A stretch of 64,000 nt of DNA, taken from assembly GCA_963748825.1 (NCBI GenBank), contig CAVVKN010000023.1:250248-314247 (forward strand), given 5' to 3'. Each line of letters opens with the position of its first letter. Position 1 is the first letter of the stretch. Below the pieces are notes generated by a model. The model was not told the DNA's origin. It was given only the letters and a program-made list of their open reading frames with translations, and did no database searches. Made by a program: the position numbers and the translations under genes. This document shows, piece by piece, positions 59,601-64,000 of this stretch. The DNA comes from Methanotrichaceae archaeon. GTDB taxonomy: Archaea; Halobacteriota; Methanosarcinia; Methanotrichales; Methanotrichaceae.

Positions 59601-59799
59601 GGATGGACTCTTCCAGCTTCACCTCTTTGCTGTCGCTCGATAGTCCCTGCCGGTTGTGCACATCCCAGCCCAATGCCGCAAAGAAGGGATTTACAAACTC
59701 ATCCCTCAGCTCCGTCTCGTTGTACTGGCTGCAGCGATACTCGTTTATCCTGCGGCCAAAGCCCTCTACAAGTTCAACTATCTCACGTGGTGCAGACAA
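56631..59799 (-). CDS. Type IIG (Eco57I-like) restriction-modification enzyme, one frameshift near 59480
   Basis: N-terminal nuclease (NE-x-x-x-R-x-EF, PDY...VETKK), GVYYTP, motif I ILDPACGSGSFL, motif IV GNPPY, TaqI-C-like TRD, C-terminal IDRLVYELYGL helix. Confidence 0.93.
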
Positions 59800-59989
59800 T
59801 ACCCGATCTCCTCTTGCAACACTTCATAGAAAGAGGACAGGAAAAAGGTTTTGCCATGCAGAGCAAACTAAAATGCAATAACCAAAATAGTGCAAAATGA
59901 TTTAAAAAGTAAAGCTATTAATAATAAAAGAATAGATAGAAAGCCTTACGACCATCTATCGTATCTTTATTATATTTCACTGCGAATGT

Positions 59990-60184
59990 TTACTGTTTCT
60001 CTACTTTGTCAGCCTTGGGGCCTTTCTCGCCCTCAATGACCTCGAAGCTTACCTTGTCACCCTCATCGATAGTGACACCGGGCTTCAGGCCGGTTACGTG
60101 TACAAAATAGTCCTTACCATCGTCGCCTGCTATGAATCCAAAGCTCTTGACTCTGTTGAAAAACTTAACTGTTCCATTTACCAT
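59990..60184 (-). CDS. Cold-shock domain protein
   Basis: GTVKFFN-x-x-KSFGFI, DYFVH, V-x-F, KGPKA. Confidence 0.93.
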   Translation of the reverse strand: MVNGTVKFFNRVKSFGFIAGDDGKDYFVHVTGLKPGVTIDEGDKVSFEVIEGEKGPKADKVEKQ

Positions 60185-60382
60185 TTTTGATTCCTCTGAT
60201 TGGGTTAGCATGGGTACCACGATCTTCCTGTACTTATAGTTTCTGGCTGATCGCTTGGGCCACACCATTGGCCGCCCTAGAACAATCGTATGCTGTCGTA
60301 TTTTAGGGAAATTCTTTTATAGAAGATCAAATACTGTGAACCTGAGAATTCGCAAATAAGCAATTACTGGAGGATTATCAAA

Positions 60383-62074
60383 ATGGCAGGAATGGGCGGA
60401 TCGCCAATTATCATTTTAAGGGACACCCGCAGAGAGTCGGGAAAAGATGCTATCTCGAATAACATCATGGCTGCCCGCGCCGTGGCCAATGCGGTGAGGA
60501 GCACCCTGGGCCCCAAAGGCATGGACAAATTGCTGGTGGACTCCATTGGAGACGTAACCATCACCAATGATGGCGTGACTATTTTAAAAGAGATGGATGT
60601 ACAGCACCCCGCGGCTAAGATGCTTATCGAGGCCGCCAAAACCCAGGATAAGGAGGTAGGCGACGGCACCACCACCGTGGCCGTCCTGGCTGGCGAGCTG
60701 CTCAAGAAAGCCGAGGTCCTCTTAGACCAGAAGGTTCACCCCACCATGATTGTGCAGGGGTACAGATTGGCTGCGGAAAAGGCCATACAGATTGTGAAAT
60801 CCATCTCCATTGATGCCTCGGAAACCGATCGCGCCCTCCTGGAGAGGATCGCCGAGACGGCCATGACCGGAAAGCTGGCCGAGTCCCCGGACAGCAAGAT
60901 GGCCAGTTATGCCGTCGACCTGGTCCTCAACGCCATTGAGACCTACAACGGCAAGAAAAGCTTTGACATGGATCGGGTCAATGTGGAAAAGAAGGTCGGC
61001 GAGAGCACCATGGATTCACAGATCATTGAAGGCATAGCGATCGATAAGGAGATCGTCCACCAGAACATGCCCCGCAAGGTTGTGAATGCCAAAATTGCTC
61101 TTCTCTCTACGGCCATCGAATCCAAGGAAACCGAGACCAAGACCGAGCTGCAAATCACCTCTTCCACTCAGTTCCAGCAATTCATGGATCATGAGAAGCA
61201 GAGGATAAAAGAGGCTGCGGATAAAGTGATCGCCAGCGGCGCCACAGTGGTCTTCTGCCAGAAGGGCATCGACGATCTGGCCCAGCATCATCTGGCCAAT
61301 GCCGGAATTCTGGCTCTGCGTCGCGTCATCAAGAAGGACATGGACAAGCTGGCCAAAGCTACGGGAGCTAACATCGTCACGGGTCTGGATGAGCTCGGCC
61401 CCAGCGATCTGGGCACAGCCGCCCTGGTAGAGGAGAAGCGCATGGGGAGCGGCATCATGACCTTTGTCACCGGCACCAAGAACCATTCTGCAACCCTTCT
61501 GCTGCGAGGCGGCACTCAGCAGGTCTTAAACGGCCTGGAGAGAGCATTAGATGATGCCCTTCACGCCGTGGCAGATGTGGTGGAGGACGGCAAGATGGTC
61601 GCAGGTGGCGGAGCTCCTGAGATCGAGCTTTCCCTGCGCCTGCGTGAGTATGCATCCACTTTAAAGGGCCGCGAGCAACTGGCAGTCACCAAGTTCGCCG
61701 AGGCCATGGAGATCGTGCCAAAGACCCTGGCAGAGAACGCCGGCTTTGATGCCATCGACAAGGCTATCGAACTGAAGAACAAGCACGAGACGAACAAGAA
61801 CATGGGCCTTAACGCCTACACCGGCGATATCCAGGACATGTTGAAACTGGGGGTTGTCGAGCCACTACGCGTCAAGATTCAGGCCATTTTGTCGGCAACT
61901 GATGCCGCCTGCCTCATCCTGCGCATCGATGATGTTCTTGCTTCAACCAAGACGCCGCCACCGCGTGGTGCAGGTGGAATGCCACCAGGAATGGGAGGCA
62001 TGGGCGGAATGGGTGGTATGGGAATGCCGCCGGGCATGGGTGGAATGGGCGGCATGCCGCCAGGGATGTTCTAG
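60383..62074 (+). CDS. Thermosome (group II chaperonin) subunit
   Basis: [13 protein letters not shown]-x-TIL, GDGTTT, GGGA-x-E, LRIDD and GGM tail. Confidence 0.97.
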   Translation: MAGMGGSPIIILRDTRRESGKDAISNNIMAARAVANAVRSTLGPKGMDKLLVDSIGDVTITNDGVTILKEMDVQHPAAKMLIEAAKTQDKEVGDGTTTVAVLAGELLKKAEVLLDQKVHPTMIVQGYRLAAEKAIQIVKSISIDASETDRALLERIAETAMTGKLAESPDSKMASYAVDLVLNAIETYNGKKSFDMDRVNVEKKVGESTMDSQIIEGIAIDKEIVHQNMPRKVVNAKIALLSTAIESKETETKTELQITSSTQFQQFMDHEKQRIKEAADKVIASGATVVFCQKGIDDLAQHHLANAGILALRRVIKKDMDKLAKATGANIVTGLDELGPSDLGTAALVEEKRMGSGIMTFVTGTKNHSATLLLRGGTQQVLNGLERALDDALHAVADVVEDGKMVAGGGAPEIELSLRLREYASTLKGREQLAVTKFAEAMEIVPKTLAENAGFDAIDKAIELKNKHETNKNMGLNAYTGDIQDMLKLGVVEPLRVKIQAILSATDAACLILRIDDVLASTKTPPPRGAGGMPPGMGGMGGMGGMGMPPGMGGMGGMPPGMF

Positions 62075-62254
62075 GCAAGGGATGCCAGAAATCCCTTTTA
62101 TTAATTTATTCATAGAATTATTTTAGTAATTTATATTTTGGGTTATGCATCACATTTTAACACACCGCCATTATATAATACAATATATATTATATACATA
62201 TTGATTACACAATATTTATATAACTTGCAATAGAGATATTTCTTCTAAAGGTCG

Positions 62255-63046
62255 ATGGGAATGGAGGGGTACTTGATATGGCTGATCTTTCTAGCGTTGG
62301 CGATATTCTCAGTAAGCATCATCCAGCTCCAGGAAGGCCGGAGCCGGAGACTGCAAGAAGACTGCCGGCAATTGCAGCAAAACATGCAGCTCTGGCAGGA
62401 TAAACTGCGGAAGAAGGAGAGCCACATTGATCATCTCCAGCGCGATTTTGCCCAATTGCTCAAGTGGAAAGAACGCGCCTCTGAACTGGAAGAGGAGCTT
62501 AAGAGAGTCAAACAGACGCCGGATTATGCCTCCGCCCAAAGGCTGCAGTTCTTGGAAGATTACATCGCAAACTCTCAAAAAAATCCGCACGCTATTTTCC
62601 TGGGCACCTTCTCTTCCCTGGGACGGCATGCATTCGAGGACGAACTGCGCCGCATGCTGGGGGATGCCAAATTCGAGATCGTAATAGTGTCACCCTGGAT
62701 AAAAAGGCAGACATGGAACAGGATGAAAGGGCCACTACGAAAGTTCTCCCGAGGGGGAGGAAAGCTGAGGGTATTTATGCGAGGAAGCGAGTCGGACTAC
62801 TCATTAGGCCTGAGTGACAATTTGCAGGAGGAGATCTCTGACCTGAGTGGGGAGGTTGTGCTGATAGCCCAGCTTCATGCCAAGATCTACATGGTGGACC
62901 GAAGGGAAGCGATCGTCACTTCTGCCAACCTTACCAAAGGCGGTACAGAGGCCAACTACGAGGGCGGAATCTGGGTGAACGATCCGGTTGTGTTGCACGA
63001 AATATGCGAGTTTGTAGACGACATCTATCAGATCGGAGCAAGATGA
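62255..63046 (+). CDS. Membrane-anchored coiled-coil protein with a single PLD (HKD) domain
   Basis: N-terminal transmembrane helix, coiled coil, IVSPWI, LHAKIYMVD...TSANLT...N-x-E. Confidence 0.88.
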   Translation: MGMEGYLIWLIFLALAIFSVSIIQLQEGRSRRLQEDCRQLQQNMQLWQDKLRKKESHIDHLQRDFAQLLKWKERASELEEELKRVKQTPDYASAQRLQFLEDYIANSQKNPHAIFLGTFSSLGRHAFEDELRRMLGDAKFEIVIVSPWIKRQTWNRMKGPLRKFSRGGGKLRVFMRGSESDYSLGLSDNLQEEISDLSGEVVLIAQLHAKIYMVDRREAIVTSANLTKGGTEANYEGGIWVNDPVVLHEICEFVDDIYQIGAR

Positions 63047-63086
63047 TTGCCATAGAGACTAAAAATATTTGATAATAAAAATGTAT

Positions 63087-64000
63087 CTATTGGACTTTCG
63101 ACATCTTCTCCCTCCAGGCCCTCGCCTGGCTCCCGGCATGCTCGGAAGGCCTGACATCGATGCTTCCTCCCTGGAAGCTGCCTCCTGTCTCTCCCATCTT
63201 CTCCTCCATCCAGCCTTCGATCTCCAGGTAGCTGGATTTCAGGGCATCCAGAATCTCCTGATCGGCCTTCCAAAGGCCCCTCGAACTAGCCTCCAGTAGC
63301 CTTCTGCCCATCTCTTCCATGGCCCAGGGATTGTTCTCCTGGAAGAACTTGCGGTTCTCTTCATCCAGGATGAAGGTCTTGGCGATGTCGTCGAATATCC
63401 AGTCGTCTACCTCTTCAGTTGTCGCCTCCCAGCCATAGACCCGGCCCACCCGCTTGGAGATGTCGCCTGCGCCCTTGTAGCCGTGCCGCTTCATGCCTTC
63501 GATCCATTTGGGATTGAGCAGACGGGTTCGAACCACACGACGCACCTCCTCGGCCAGGGTTCTGATATCAGCATTCTCCCTGTCCCTGGTATCTCCGTAA
63601 TAGGTTGAGACCTCATGGCCCGATAGCTCACGTGCGGCATTGGTCAGGCCGCCATAAGTGCCGAAGTAGCAACAGCAGCCCAAGAGGTCGTATTCATCGG
63701 TAACCGTTTTGTTGAAGGTCAAATCCACGCTCTTAAGCTGTGCTGCAAGCGCTTGAGGGGCCTCTTGTCCGAAGACGTCCTTGCCGTAGGCATAACTGTT
63801 CCATTGCATGAAGACATCTGTCAGATCCTTCTCCTCTTTCCAGGCGCTGGCATAGACGGCCAGGTTCACCCCGTTGCCGTAAGTTCCCGGTCGGCTGGCA
63901 AAGATGCGAGCTGGGCTGCTGCCCTGCAAGGAGTGCTTGCGGATAAAGTTCATATCCTCCGGCTCGTCCAGGGCGGCCACCTCTTGGATGGCAGAGTCGA
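63087..64000 (-). CDS. CobN/Mg-chelatase H subunit family, 3' part only
   Basis: RIF...GTYG-x-GV, R-x-RLLNPKWIEGM-x-x-HGYKGA, NPWA, RLLEA-x-x-RGLW; continues past the window end. Confidence 0.92.
   Translation of the reverse strand, partial: DSAIQEVAALDEPEDMNFIRKHSLQGSSPARIFASRPGTYGNGVNLAVYASAWKEEKDLTDVFMQWNSYAYGKDVFGQEAPQALAAQLKSVDLTFNKTVTDEYDLLGCCCYFGTYGGLTNAARELSGHEVSTYYGDTRDRENADIRTLAEEVRRVVRTRLLNPKWIEGMKRHGYKGAGDISKRVGRVYGWEATTEEVDDWIFDDIAKTFILDEENRKFFQENNPWAMEEMGRRLLEASSRGLWKADQEILDALKSSYLEIEGWMEEKMGETGGSFQGGSIDVRPSEHAGSQARAWREKMSKVQ

Noticed and set aside
61965-62070. GGM-encoding repeats
   Set aside because: This is the normal chaperonin C-terminal tail.

Overview
Chromosomal window from a methanogenic archaeon, most likely Methanothrix (Methanosaeta): stand-alone mcrC, tandem DUF1699 paralogues, an MC1 fragment, aIF2-gamma/rpo7/spt4/S24e/S27ae cluster, thermosome. 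Housekeeping blocks (0-2.9 kb, 18.6-37.8 kb, 39.9-46.8 kb, 60-64 kb) alternate with decayed accessory stretches (5.2-18.6 kb, 37.8-39.8 kb) and a defence island (46.9-59.8 kb). The main observation is in that island. The last ~230 bp of a type IIG restriction-modification gene (encoding TIDFSDPADVARHDRM...IDRLVYELYGLTEEEI) occur as 8 direct repeats. They separate different toxin-antitoxin modules, giving an integron-like cassette array anchored on the RM gene tail. Four repeats are independent; the other four come from a ~3.9 kb tandem duplication that may be a haplotype or assembly artefact. The second main observation is a ~450 nt non-coding, densely base-paired segment at 15.6-16.1 kb, a candidate large structured RNA. 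Single-base homopolymer frameshifts in thiL, nfeD and the RM gene suggest residual indel errors, so pseudogene calls are provisional. All product calls come from motif recognition by eye; no database searches were run.
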